Program-made: the position numbers and the translations under genes
The notes under the pieces: generated by a model
What the model was told of the DNA's origin: nothing
The model's database searches: none
What the model saw: only the letters and a program-made list of their open reading frames with translations
In this document: one piece after another, positions 37,891 through 51,290 of the stretch
Layout of the letters: every line of letters begins with the position of its first letter
How positions within the stretch are numbered: the first letter of the stretch is position 1
NCBI GenBank assembly: GCA_028534125.1
Contig: CM052817.1
Span: forward strand, 73,038,001 to 73,102,000
DNA length: 64,000 bases
Source of the DNA: Lama glama
Lineage: Eukaryota
Direction: 5' to 3'

Positions 37891-40800
37891 AGTGAGGCGC
37901 TAGAAAGAAGAACGAATTTACAGGCTCCTAAATGGCAAAAAGGCAGTTAAAACCTTGACGAGAATGAGGAAAACATTTGTTGGGACTGACATCCTAATTA
38001 ACTGATTCGTTTTTTGAGCTAGGGGCTAGGACATAAACATTGTTGCAGAATTTCCAGAAAAATCTGATAGTGATCTTGTAAAGCAATAAGGTAAAAAATT
38101 TGTGAAACGTCTATTAAGATTGGTGAGGATTGACACCAAGAGTTAATTTTACATCCGTTTGAAAGGAAAAGATTATAGGATGAATTAAAAGTAAGCATGT
38201 TGTTTCTTGTCAATTCAACAATGTAGGCAGAGAATGTAATAGTTTACAGAGACAGTAAAAGGCACCTCGTCTTCTTTGAACATTAGGGATATTCCTGAAA
38301 TGAAAAGAAGTATTTCCTAGCTTATTACATTACAGTAAGCAATGCATAGGATTACTCAACCAAGAGAGGTTGCCCAGATTTAGCTGATATCTTCTTTTAT
38401 AAACATTTGGCAACAACAGATATTTTTGAGTACCTCCTATGTTCTGGAATTATTCCGGGTGCTGAATATTCCAGGCTATAGCACAGAACAGAACAGACAC
38501 ATTCCCTGCCCTGTTGGAGTGTATATCATAGTGGGGAAGACAGACTTTACACAAAACCACACAATTAACTCATTAATTATAGTTGAGAGAAAAAATGGAA
38601 CACAGTCTACCATAGGGCCCTAAATAAATTAGTCTGGGTTCAGCTCCCAAACTGGAAATTAAGGGAAATTTTATAAAGGACTCAAGAACAACTTGTCTTA
38701 AGTTCTTAATATCCACTTAATATTATTTATGTCTTTTAACAATAAATAAAATGGATAAGGTAAAGTTTAGATTTGTGAAAATAACATTGCTGAAGAGAGC
38801 TGATATGCAGCAATAAAACACTTTGCCAGTTTGAAGGGTTGTAAAATGCCCCATGCTTCCCTGACCGCCTCAACTTTAGGCTTGGCTCCACGTCGGTCAT
38901 CAGACTAGCCTGAGCTGCAACTGAGAATCTGTCCTTACTTGATCCACTCTAAATCCCAGATCCTTGCCAAACCTGAAGTGTGTATGTGTGAATATAACCC
39001 CCTACCTCCTCTTTTTCATTCATCTTCATTGCCGTCTCCCACATCCCCAATTCCCAGCTTGCCCAGGGCTCACTCACTTCTAGCCCCTCTAACCTTCCCT
39101 CTGAGTCTAGACCCCTTGGCTAAAAAAGATTATCTGCATTTTTACTTTAAGCACTTTAGACTTCTGTTTTGTTTCTTTGACCTCCGTTGTATACACTTCC
39201 CAGGCTCAACTTTCTAGGTCAGAGCTGAGACAGTCCCCCAGCTGACTCTAATCCATTATGATGGACCATGGCTGGGCTCTCAACGATGCTCACTGATTCT
39301 TTTATTCATCTCTAGTTGATTGTCTTTCCACTTCTCCAGGACACCTGTTTCTATCCAGGTTTTACCTCTTTTCAAGTTAGACTCACTTCTGCCAGATATC
39401 CAATTATTTGACCTAGGTTTCTGGGTTATCCATGGTGAACTCTCAGATTTTCTCTAAATCATTAGCTATTTGTTCCCCTCTCCATTCTGCTTCAGAAAAT
39501 AAATGTTCTGCCTTGTATCCAAGCCTACTCCTGTTTTCTTAAACCAACACCTTTTTACCCATTTTGTGATTTTTCTTATTGTTCATAGTCCCTTTCGTTC
39601 CTCTCTCTTTTTTAAACTTTTTGCCTTCTGACATCTGCTTAGCCTACACTTGTTAACATTAACGATTCTTATGAAATGTTGATTTCCTTTGAGAATGCAG
39701 TCGTTCTCCTCCCTTTAATAGTAGTGCTTCTCGAAATAATAGTCTATATCTAGCCCTTTCACTTCCTTGTTTATCACTCACCCATCAGCTTCTGGTCTGT
39801 CCTCTTCTGAAATGTCTATTCACAAGACCAGTGAGAACTTCCCGATAACCCAATCAAGTTGCTTCTGGGTCGTTACCCTGGGGCTTCCTGTAGAGCTTGT
39901 TGCACAGTATCATGTCTCCACACTTTCCTGGCTCTCAAGCTTCCAGCTGCTTCTTTTGCAGGCCACTGTTTCACATGTGGCTCCTAGATAGAGGCTTTCT
40001 CTAGAAGTCCTTGTCTTCTTCATATCCTGCCTTTGCCCCCTCTAATCTCATGTAGTGGCTTCACTTATTGCCCCTGTGTGGATTATTCCCAAAACATCTC
40101 CTATTCTAATCTCTTTCCTGAGTTTAACTCACATTCCCTACCTCTCATAGGGAATTGCAAGATTTCATGCGTACTTCAGACAAACCTCATCTCTCCATGG
40201 TGTCCAGGCACCCTGGACTATCTGCTGATTCCAGCTACGGTCTGCAAGATCCTCCTGCACTTTTTTGCTCTTGCTGTGTCCCCATCCCAAGCCATCCGTC
40301 TGAAATGAAACTCTTCACACCATTTTGCTTGTTCCCCAGACCCTGCCTCTCCCACTTCTTCCACTTGTTGATGCCCTATCCTGCAATGTTTAGCTCATAT
40401 TTGGCCTTCTGAGTAAACAGTAACTTAACTAAATCTCCTCTTTCCCATTCTTCACTTATTCTTTGCTTGGAATTCAACTACATCTGACCATGCTCAGTCT
40501 TATATTTGAGATACACATTTGTATTTGTTGTCTCCACTAAACCCTGAGCCCTAAAATTGCTAGGCCTATGTCTTTTCATCCTTATATCCCTTGCAGACCC
40601 TGGCAGATAGCAGACACCCTGGAAATTGAAGTTTGTTTTCATTATTGGAAGAAAAGTGCCACAAATCTTAATTTTTTAAAAAATTGTTATTTGTGAAGAG
40701 CATGGAATTTGTAATATACAGGCTAAAAATTTGGGAGAATGTAGAAAGTATAGAAACAAATTCATAGCAAATAAAGTTGACATATTTTGCCTTTGTCTTA

Positions 40801-40915
40801 TTTCAGCTAAGACGGATTTTTAGGGAATTTCACTCTGCAAGAGACTTATTTAGGGGTGATGAAATTCTTGGAAATTAAGATTAAGTTTCAGGGTCTGGGA
40901 TTTTATTTTATTCTC

Positions 40916-41329
40916 CTTAGAGTTAATAAGTTAGCCTGCTACTATTCAGTGGATGCTGGCAGAAGACATGAGACTCTTAGATCAAAGACAAAGGACTTTA
41001 GTGCTCAGAGCCTGGCAAGCAGCATGAGCGTCATGTTAAACATCGGTTCCTCAGTCCTGCTAGTCCCAAAGGAGTGATACTGAGCCGACAGGGTGGTTGT
41101 AAGTGGTCTTGTGTCACAGCCAAGGAACACTGAGCCGGGGGAATCCACTGCTTTTATAGCAAACCTGTTCTTTGGCCCAGAGGGAGACATTACCTCATCC
41201 GTCAAGATTGCTGCAAATACAGTCCTGATAAATAGCCCAGACAAGGAGAGATTGGTCTGGCATTCTTAACATACCCAGCAAGAACTTGCGGACATGCCCA
41301 CAGCCCATGGTGAATTGCCTCTCCCCACA
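40916..41329 (-). mobile_element. LTR40-like ERVL solo LTR
   Basis: Minus strand starts TGTGGGGAGAGGCAATTCACCATGGG...GTTCTTGCTGGGTATG; internal GGATGCTGGCAGAAGACATGAGACTC. Confidence 0.65.
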
Positions 41330-43085
41330 GTGTTCTGTGAGAATAAGGATTGTGGTTGTCCTGGCACATCAAAGGGGCTCAGTAAATATTTGTTGAATCA
41401 AATTAATTAATTAATGAGAAGAAGGGGAACCACCAAGGAATGAAAAAAGGCAAATTGAGTTCCCTATTTAGGCTAAAAATCCCCTGAGAAAAACTTCAGA
41501 TTTCAGAACTGACTAGGAGGAAAAACTCAGAGGGCCAATGAGAATAAGACTTTGTATACTCCCTGGATTTATCACAAATAAAATTTCTGAACACTTTACC
41601 TCATAGGAAGTGAGTCTAGGACTCATATCCAAAATAACCACGATTAAGTGCAGACAGCCTAAGGCTGTGTCTGTAGCTTGCAAAGTCAGTATTACAGGAA
41701 CTATGGTTCTTCACAGCCGCAGCCTTTTGCCATAAGCTGAATTTCATTGAAAGTTTTGAAGAACTTTAAAACCATACCCATTTGGGAACCTTTACCAGAG
41801 ATGACCTTTACTCTCTCAAAATAGTAAATTAAACTGCAAATCAAAATAGAATATACTTGCAAATTTGATCAGAATTAAATTCTTCCTTAGAAATTTGCAT
41901 TTGAACAAATGAAATATCTGACCCCCCCAAGATTCTCTTGAAGGAAAAGAGTTAACCTGAAATATCTTGTCTGCGCATAGAAGTTAGGTCCCTGAGACAT
42001 ACAAGCTGGCAGTCCAGACTTGTGAGGGGATTGTTTTTACATTGATGATTATAACTTCTGTTTCCCCAAGATCACCTTAGCCCTAGTGACTAAAAAACTT
42101 GGGCCATAGTCACACAAAATTTTGCTGTTCCGTATCTCAACTTTTAGCCTCTCCACTCCCCATTTTTTCGGGATGCTTTCCAGTCTTCACAGGCTACTGC
42201 TGCAGTGTCACTGTCCTCCCCCTGCTGCTCTCAAAACTGCGGATTGACTGTGTCCTGGGCTCACAAATGTTTCAGGCAACCTTGGATAATTTGAACTTCT
42301 AAACAGCTGCAAGCTTTTTAGACTTTTCAAGGAAGGTCTTTTTTTTTTTTTAAGATCTGTAATTCCCCTGCCCTCTCCTCTCTCCTCCCAAGGAAAGTCA
42401 CCCAGGTTCCCCTGAGGCCGGGTTAGAGGGCTTTTGAGTAACCCGTTCTTCACTCAGAGCCTTCCACTCAGATTCACACTGGTGTCCCCACCTAGGCTGT
42501 ATGTCTGGGAACCCTTCCCAGCCTCACGGTGGAGTTCTCAGCCTTCCTGAGGCTCTTTCCTTTTCTTTCCTCAAGTTTATGGAAACCATTATCCTTGTAT
42601 CTTTGAAAAATCTTTGCAGTAGGGATGATCATCCTTTCCCTCACCAGTCGTATCCTTCTTATCAGCATCCCATTTTCACACAGTTTTCTCTATTCTTCCC
42701 TGACTGTGAGACTGTCCCCTGCAACCACCCCCTCTCCCCACCAGAGTCATTGTTGCTATACCTGATTGGACCAGGGTGGGCAGCTGATGCTAGCAGTAAC
42801 AAGCCATGTGTTGTGCTAAGGTTTTGTCTTTGAACTGAGGGTGCTGATACTGAGTCAGCTTCTATTGAGGGCTTGAATCAGGAGGGCACATTAGGCCAGG
42901 GTGACTGGTTCAATAAGGATGGTCTACAGAGAGTAATAAAGCAGAGCGTGTCTATTCTGTTCACCTCTGTGCTCTTGCTACCTAGCATGGTGCCTGACAC
43001 ATAGTAAGCAGGCTTTCAGTAAGTCTTGGTGGAGTGTGAGGGAGAGAGAGAGAAAGAGAGAGGATTTATTTTTGCCTCCAATAGC

Positions 43086-43183
43086 TTTTTTTTCCCCTCC
43101 CCTCAATAGAGGCACTGGGAGATGAACCCGGGACCTTGTGCACACCAAGCACGCGCTCGACCACTGAGCTATATCCCCCCCCC
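43086..43183 (-). mobile_element. tRNA-derived SINE, camelid Vic-1 type
   Basis: Minus strand GGGGGGATATAGCTCAGTGGTCGAGCGCGTGCTTGGTGTGCACAAGGTCCCGGGTTCATCTCCCAGTGCCTC plus A-tail: Pol III A/B boxes, tRNA-Ala-like. Sits inside an MLT1-like relic (about 42700-43340). Confidence 0.8.
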
Positions 43184-46100
43184 ACCCTTCCAGCAACTTT
43201 CCATTTCCTGATTCTAATCCTTCATGAAGACTATCTGCATTTTCTGTTTTTATGTCCAGGAGATAACCCTGTGTCCGTCCAGTAATTTCCCCTTTATGCT
43301 AAAGCTGGTTTGGGGGTGTTCTGTTCCTCATGGCTAGATTAGACCTGAGAATCTCCTAATGTAGGGTTCCCAGCCATCAGTCTTTAAAGTCATCTTGTCC
43401 CCAGGGAGCTCCTCATGCAAACCAGAAATCTAGGTGACTTGTCCAGAAATCACTGAATTCCAAAAGTGGGCATGCCTCCACTTTGCCTAAGTTAGCCTTA
43501 TCTTTTGAGGACAAAACGAAACAAAAAAAGAAAATAGAAACTCAAATTCAACTGAAAGTAAAGAAAATATCTCCAAAAGTAAAGTTTGTTGATCTTCTAA
43601 AGAAGAAACCTCTGAGGAAAAATAGGACAGAAGCTCCAACCTGAGGATCCTTGGGCATTGCTGACTGAACATGGCTTTATTTAAAGTCAAAGGGGCAGAT
43701 GAGGTATGATCAGGACACACTTACCAACCTAAGCTCCGGGAAGAAGCAGAGTGGGTCCCAGATTCACCCCGGACTCCTGGAATACTGCTGGACTAACTTG
43801 GTGATGCATGAGACTTTGCAGTTTCTGGTTGTACTCTTCTCTATGGTACAGCACGTCAAGGGAAAAGGTTATTCTTTCCTGTTCACTAAAGCAGTAGGGA
43901 GATAACCCCTGTCTGTAAGGACACATCTAAATCTCAAAGGTAGGGGAGTAGTTGAAAATCCATAGGCACTTATTGTAAAGCTTGAAAAATAGAAAGATGA
44001 AATACTTGGAGTCAGTATGGTGGGCTTTTCAGGAGCATAGGTTTGAAGTGAGACAGATCTCCAAAAACGACTCTCCAACCTACTGACTAGCTCTATGTCC
44101 TTGGCTAAGCTGCTTAACCTCTTACATACTCAGATTTCTTATGTACAAAATGAGAATAAAAATACTTTGTAGATGTGCTGTATTCAATTAGGTAATGTCT
44201 GTAAGTTCCCAGGCCAGTGGTACCAAGCTAGGCGCTCAGTAAATGGTAGGGATGGTTAGAGTTGCTTTGTAATACAAGCATTAATGACAAGTGTGTTCTT
44301 TTTTGTGTTAACCAGAAGGGAGAGCGTGTGTGTGTGTTTAAGTTGAGAAACATGATACTAAAACATGTATTTCGTAGCTCTTCTTCACTGTCACCTTTTT
44401 AACGTATATCCCTACATGATAGAGAAATGTAAGAGTCCAGGAAATATCTGCTAAGCTCTAGTCATGCATAAACAGCCGTCAGTTGTGATATCAATCAGCA
44501 GTGCAAACTGCCCTCAAAACAGGCACCTGTGAGTCCTCACGTGCAAGCTTCTCAAGGCCCTAAAAGCAGTTATAAACTGTATGACCTGTAGATGGCGGAC
44601 TTGGATAGGGTGACTACTAAGCGATGACGACTTAGAGAAGAAAGCAGTGGTTTTTGTTTTGTGAAGGGAGGACTAAGTGAAGTGGATACACTAATAAGGG
44701 CTGCCCAGGACTCCAAGCCAAAAGCATTCTTTGCCGACACAGTGGGTTCCTTCTTCCAGGGGGACTGTCAGAGTGTGAGTCCACCCGCAGTCATATGTGA
44801 TGCTGAGAGACAAGACTGCATTTGCTTCTGGTAGAAATGTTTTGGTTGAGTATTCATGCTATTTTGGAGTCACTGATAAAGAAAAAGGATGGTCAAGTAG
44901 GGATCATAAATAGGTTTCTTGTAAGTCTCTTGAGGGGTACAGAAACGTTCCCTTCTCAGAATACCCATATGTAACACTATTCAGTTATCTTAACCTATTG
45001 TACATGTCCAAAGTGTCCATATCTTTTGATCTAGATAAATAGCTATATCCTCCCCTGCTTGCTTACTGCCGCTGTTGAGTATTTGTTCTGTAGCCTCCCC
45101 GAGGCAATCCTTTAGGGACCAATTACCATCCTTTACTGACAACATTTCTCTGGCTAAAGGAGGTTTCCCGAGGGGCACGCTGGGCATTCAGGACTCCTGA
45201 GGGAGCGCTGCAGTACTTTGTATAATCTGTGTGCCTGACCTACTCGAGAAACATGGGTTTTTTTCCTTAAAAGTCTATTTTGTGGTCCTGGTTTTAGTAT
45301 CCTAGATCACAAGTGCATATAATATATGAGTTTGTGTGAGAATTAGTGTGGTTTTCCAGAACTGCCTGCTCCTGCAATGACCTGAGATGTTTTGTTGGTT
45401 CTTTCGGCTGTGAAAAAGCTCAGCAACTCACCTGGCATGACAGATTGAGACCTTTTGCTGTGTTGTAAAGCGGGGTCACTCTCCCCAAAGCCCCTCTCAG
45501 CTTGTGGGTCAGGTGCAGGGACATCTCTGGACTTCTGTGGTGCCCCTGCCCTGTCATTTATCATGAGGCTGTAATTATTGTCTACGCATTGGCTTCCCCA
45601 CAGCTATGTACTTCTGGGGTCCAGAAATAGTACCATATTCATAACTTTATCCTTAAACAGTTTGTGTCTGGCACATAGTAGGTACTTATGAAAACGCTGA
45701 ATAAATTAAAGAATAAATATATGTGCTTAGGAAGAACAAGCAGGCAAAAAGAGGAAAATCAATTTAGGGGAAAAAAAGAGGAAGACAGGTCACCCACCAA
45801 GAGGAATTTACCTGTTAGACAAATATTATTCCTAAAGAATAGAAAAAGAGAAGAGAATAGTGTATTGGGTGCAGCCCTATCCATTTATTTTTACTATACA
45901 CTAAGTGCTAGTTCACTATATCCAGCGGAGAACACGTCTCCCAGAGGTTGCAGCGTTTGTGTCCAGCTTGCAGCATCGCCCTTGCCCAATTCCATGTGAA
46001 AGTATCTTTGTTCATTACAAAAGGGAGAAAGGCCCTAGCTCTTAGGATGAGGCAGTTCTGGTTTTCAGGTAGCTTCTAAAAGCTTCTAAAAGTTTGCAGT

Positions 46101-47239
46101 TAATCTAAGCTATGGTTAAATAGAGAAGTTATCAGAAAATTCAGAAATTGTAACATCTTATCTATGAGTGGATTTGGATCTAAATGCACCCACTGGTGAC
46201 AGACAGACCCTCCCTAGAGGGTGGGAGTGAGGAACAATCGGAAACAGACTCTGAAAACCAGTCCAAATAAGAGGAGCCACACGTTACCCAAGTGTTGCCC
46301 ATGGAGTTGACAGTGGGCATCTCCATGAAATAATAGGGATGGCTGAGGACATAAGGAGTGTGCACGGTAATGGGGAGAAGGACTGTCACATCTGCGTGGT
46401 GAGCACTCAATAAATGCTGGTTGGATGAACAGGCCATTGTGTGGCTGAGCTGCTGCTAAGGGAAGCCATGAACTGGTTTGCTGTAAGTGGGGTATATTTA
46501 TAAAAAGGAACTGAAATAACATGCGCAACTAAAATGGACATAAACCAAAATAATAAAATAAGGACATAAACCAATGCAGAAAAATTAAAGTGAAAAGCAC
46601 TGATTTAGAAGAAAGGAAGAAAGCAAGGTCTGGAAACCTTGTGAGTGAGTCATTGCAGTGGAGCTTATAGGATGCTCTGAGCTTCTAGACAACCAGTTCG
46701 AGAGAGGAACGTGCTAGACTGTACGGTGCAAATGAAGCATGCAAATTCACCGGGAAATGCAGACTCATTTTTAGAACTTAATTCTAGACAGAATATATTG
46801 CCTAGACACTTAGGTAAGAGAAAGAAGAGGACGTTTGATAAGTTTTGTAAAAGCTACGTACATGTTATTTGTAGACTAAACTGTAAAGGTAACCACACTG
46901 ATACACCATATATAAAATAGTAACTGACAGGGAGAAGAGGAAAAAGAAGTAAGTTAATGTATGAACATATACACTACCACGCAAGCAATATAAATATTGA
47001 CCACAGCCCCCACTTTTGTAACCGTTTATGTGGCTAGATTTAGAACTTTCTTAATGCTTTAATTCGCTCCCAGTAAGGAGGGTGAGGGTAGTGTGAGAAG
47101 TTCCACTCCTCCTTCTCTGTGATTCCTAGACTCATGTGATCTGTCCTTGGGTGAAACACATCGTAAATTGGTAATTGATTTTGAGCATATACATTTTGTC
47201 TAGACCAGTACTCTCACTTCATCAGATGTCCTCCAGCTG

Positions 47240-49400
47240 GCTCTGAGTCTTCAACAGACTACTGAATCACTCTGCAAGGCCAGCTGCTCCTGGGTTATGG
47301 TAAAATCAGTGGATCCTTTGGGAATCCTATAGCATCCTTGGCCAGAAGCAATGTTGTATGAAATACTGTGGGTGACGTAAGCCTTCAGTAAGTCCTCAGA
47401 AGGTATTGCTAATAGAGGCATAGCAGGGAAGTAAAATCTAATGCAGAACGTATATTCATTCTGATGAGAAAAATTGCTTCCAAGTCCACAATGAAAGGGT
47501 TTCAATATACTCAGTCAACAGGAGGCTGGCCATGCCACCCCCATCCTCCACACTTGGAGCTGTGTGGGTTTCTGCTGCTGGCATTCTAAGCATTCAGTTG
47601 TGGTGGTAACCAGATCTGTCTTGGTAAGAAAAGGTCTTGTGGGTGAGCCCATGGATAACCTCCATCTCTGTCACCATAACCACTTTGTTTTGGAACCTAC
47701 TGAGAAACAGGGGAAGAGGGGGAAAGAGGACAGCTGACATTTGCAGTACTGATCTTCCTGCCCATCTGATTATTGAGTCTCCTCTGTAGTGAGAGCCCTT
47801 TGCTGAGCATTCCCATGGGGCACAATATTCTCACACTGTGAAACTATTTTGAGAGGTGCATACACATACCTCTACCCCAAAATCTCCCTGTCATCTAATC
47901 TTGTTCTTTCCAGCTTGCTCACCATCAAAACAAACCTTTAGGCTCTTGTATATTTTATAAATCTTCACTGTGGTTATCTTTCTTTCTAGGCAAAGTATAC
48001 AATTAGATGTGCTTCTCAAAGGTCTGCTTATTGTGAAAATTTATCTTCCTTCATGTCCTTTATGGCCAACAGTGAGGAGAACTCTAATGTTACATCAGTT
48101 TATTTATGGCTGGTGCCAGTATATTGTGCACAGTCATTAGTAAATCAGTCTCGTACTGCTTCTTCCCTGCCCATAGGGAAATTCCCTGTGTGGGTCCTGG
48201 AAGAAGTGGCATTGGAGCAAGATTGGGTGCCATGAGAGTTGGAACTATTTGCTCATGAAACTTTCTCGTGCCTCTAAAACTCAATTGTGTGTGATCTTGT
48301 ATGTCTCATTTCAACTTGATGATGGAGAGCTGCTCTGCCCACCCAAAATTTAACAACCAGTTCATCAGATAGCATCCAGTTTGGAAGGACAGCTCAGGTC
48401 TCACTATCAGTTCATTTCCCATGTCATATATTCAGTCTCTGTCATGACCCAGCAGCAAAAACCTGGAGATGTTTCTCAAGGAAAATGTTATTTGTCAAAG
48501 AGGTATGGCTTTGTTCTCAGTTCTAGGGTTGTACTGTTATTCTCTTACTTGGGAATTCCGTAGGCTCAATGACTTGCCACAGAGCATTGTACACATTAGA
48601 TTTCCTGGATCATAAGAGCTAAGTGGCAAGAGTGGATTATTCTTTAAACTGAACTGGCTGAAGAACATTCTTTTTTTAAAAAAAGAAAAGAAGATATAAC
48701 AGTTTTATCACATGTAAATCTCACTTGCAACATATAAACACTCACAGTACATATAACTTCTCACAAGCATATTAACACTGTTGTAATTCAGATTAAACCC
48801 TTTCCAGTCCCACACATCAAAGACCACCATGAATTGCTTTTGAACCAAACTTATCCATTTCTAATCAAAACTTAACCATTTCTAGTTGGAAAGAGTATGT
48901 TGTTCTTTAAACTGAACTGGCCAAAGAATTCTTTCACTTTAGACCTTTATTATATATAGAATTCTTCTGGTTTATTCAAAAGGTAGGAAGGAGGAAAATC
49001 AATGTAATATTATTTCACCTCTCTAATCTAAAATCCCACCAAGTGTGTGTGCCTCTTTCTTTGTGGAACTGGATACAAGGTGCAACAGATTGTCTTTCAG
49101 TTTGGAGGGAATACCTCAGTGTATTCCAGATCTCTAGACTGCCAGATCAGTGAATTAATAGATCTCTGAACTGTCATGGAATTTATCTCTTATCTTCAGT
49201 TACACATGTGTCTTACCAAGGCATCTCATGTATTTGCTACTTTCTGACCAAATTGTGATAACCAATCCCACCTATTGGAACTAGCACAATAAATTTGGAA
49301 TCTCCAAGGGAGCTTTGTTCCTTTCTTCCTCCTTAATCTAGAACTTTAGAAGATTCCCCTAGTTTCTGCTAATTTATAGTAGAAAAAACATACAATTATT
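47240..49400 (-). mobile_element. Decayed ERVL-class internal (pol/integrase) remnant
   Basis: Minus strand about 47690-47560 translates, across one frameshift, to KQSGYGDRDGGYPWA...LTKTDLVTTTTECLECQQQKPT, resembling the ERVL integrase zinc-finger segment QSGHGGRDGGYAWA...LTKADLATATAECPICQQQRPT. Outer boundaries uncertain. Confidence 0.75.
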
Positions 49401-49515
49401 TTTTATTTCTTTTTGTGTGTGTGAGCCCGCTACCCTAGGTGTAGCTTGGTCAGAATCTCCTTCTAATATCTAGATACCACAGATTCAAAAAGTAAGACAT
49501 TAAAATGTTATAATT

Positions 49516-49642
49516 TTTTTTCCTTTTCTTCCTTTCCTTCCTTCCTCTCTCCTTCCTTCCTGCCTGCCTCCCTCCCTTCCCTTCCTTCCTTTTTCTTTTG
49601 GAAAACAACATAAATCAGCTTTATTTTATTTATTTTATTTTT
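49516..49642. repeat. (TTCC)n-rich pyrimidine tract followed by (TTTTA)n
   Basis: Read directly. Confidence 0.85.
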
Positions 49643-49989
49643 AACAACATGCAGTAAAGTTGACCTTGAGTTTGGTATTTATTTTATAATTTTAACACAC
49701 ATATAGTTCTGTGTAACCAGCACACAGTGAGTACAGATAAGGAAGAACCCTGGATAATGGAAAGCAGATACACAAATGGGGTGAATAAAATGAGATTCAG
49801 TTAGACATCTTTTAGCATTCAATCAGGGGAGGACAGGCAGACAGAAATTACAGTTTGAGGTATGAATTCTAATGTGTAAAACAAAAAGCTTTAACAGCAA
49901 GCAAGTTACTTAATTTCCTTGAGTCTCATTTGCCTCTTTTGTAAATGGGGATGACCAAAAATTAATGAGTGAAATTTAGCTAAATATAA

Positions 49990-50680
49990 TTTTAACATCT
50001 TTATTGAGATACAACTTACATACAGTAAAATTTACTCACTTTAAGTATAGTTAAATTCTCCTTAGTGAATTTATCAAGTTATGCAAATATCATACAATCC
50101 AGTTTTAGAACATTTTAATCACCCAAATAAGATCCCTCATGTTCATTTACGTTTAATCCTTGTTCCCATCCCCAGCCCCATTAGTCCTCTTTCCATCTCT
50201 CTTGATTTGCCTTTTCTTAAAATTTCTCATAAATAGAATCACAAAATATGTGGGGTTTTTTTGTGTCTGGCTCCTTTCACTTAGCATATTTTTGAGGTTC
50301 ATCTGTGTTGTAGCAAGTTCCTTTTTATTGCTGAATAATATTCTTCTGTATGGATATACTACATTTGGTTTATCCTTTTATCAGTCAGCTGATGGACATT
50401 AGGGTTGTTTCTACTTTTTGACTGTGATGAATAGTGCTGCTATGAACATTCACAGGCAAGTCTTGGGGTGGACATATGTTTCATTTATCTTGGGTAAATA
50501 CCTTTTCTTTCTCTTGTTTGAGTGGAATTACAGGTTTTTATGGTAAATTTATGTTTAATTTTTAAAGAACCTGTCAAAGTGTCTTTGTATTTGCATTACA
50601 AAGATATATTTCTCTGTATCCTTGACAACTTTTGTAATTTTCTGCCATTTCTGACTACAGTAAAATAATTTTATGAAGAA
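49990..50680 (-). mobile_element. Old LINE-1 3' fragment (L1MB/MC-type)
   Basis: TTTATTGAGATACAACTTACATACAGTAAAATTTAC...GATGGACATTAGGGTTGTTTC. Other old L1 relics at about 7090-7490, 51300-52650 and 60620-61400. Confidence 0.8.
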
Positions 50681-50886
50681 AGAACAATCACTTCTGTTTA
50701 TATATGCCAGCTTCATCACGAGTAAAATGATGACAGCTAAGATATGATTGGAGTCATTCAAAATTTTTGGAATAGAATTTATAAAACTTGAAAAGAAGTG
50801 ACATCTAGCTCACTGCCATCATATTAATCTTCATAAAGCTAATTTTTTAAAGTCTGTCTTCATCAGAAACTTTTCATGATCCCTCT

Positions 50887-51290
50887 CAGTGGCTTGCTGG
50901 AGCTCTGGCACTACTGGCTCAAGAGAGCCAATTATTAAAATGTAAGGAATTTGATGAGCCATTTGTTAAATATACCATCATTACGAACTAAATGTATAAA
51001 CTTAAAATTAACAAATAACTTGAAGACAAAGAAAAAATTTTATTTCCTAGTTATTTTCCTGGTATTTTACTATTATCTGTGCTTTTGAGGTTACTTGTGT
51101 CTGTTGCATTTGCCTGGTGGACACACTGCATAAAGTGAGCTATTGCATATCTCTTCCCAACTCTATTTTCAGAGATCTCACGTTGAGAGCTTGATAGCAG
51201 CCATGGTAGAAATATTTACACCACAGAAATCAGCAAATGCTGCAAACCTGGGGTTTCTTTTTCTCCTGGAAAATTGGTTAACTGTGAAAA
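50887..51290 (+). mobile_element. MER63-like hAT-Blackjack DNA transposon
   Basis: Start CAGTGGCTTGCTGGAGCTCTGGCACTACTGGCTCAAGAGAGCCAATT resembles the MER63 terminus. Confidence 0.65.

Noticed and set aside
43086..43183. tRNA-Ala gene
   Set aside because: A-rich tail, degenerate B box and broken stems indicate a SINE copy.
47240..49400. Domesticated or intact retroviral gene
   Set aside because: Frameshifts, stops, an internal insertion and a substituted zinc-finger His; no long ORF.
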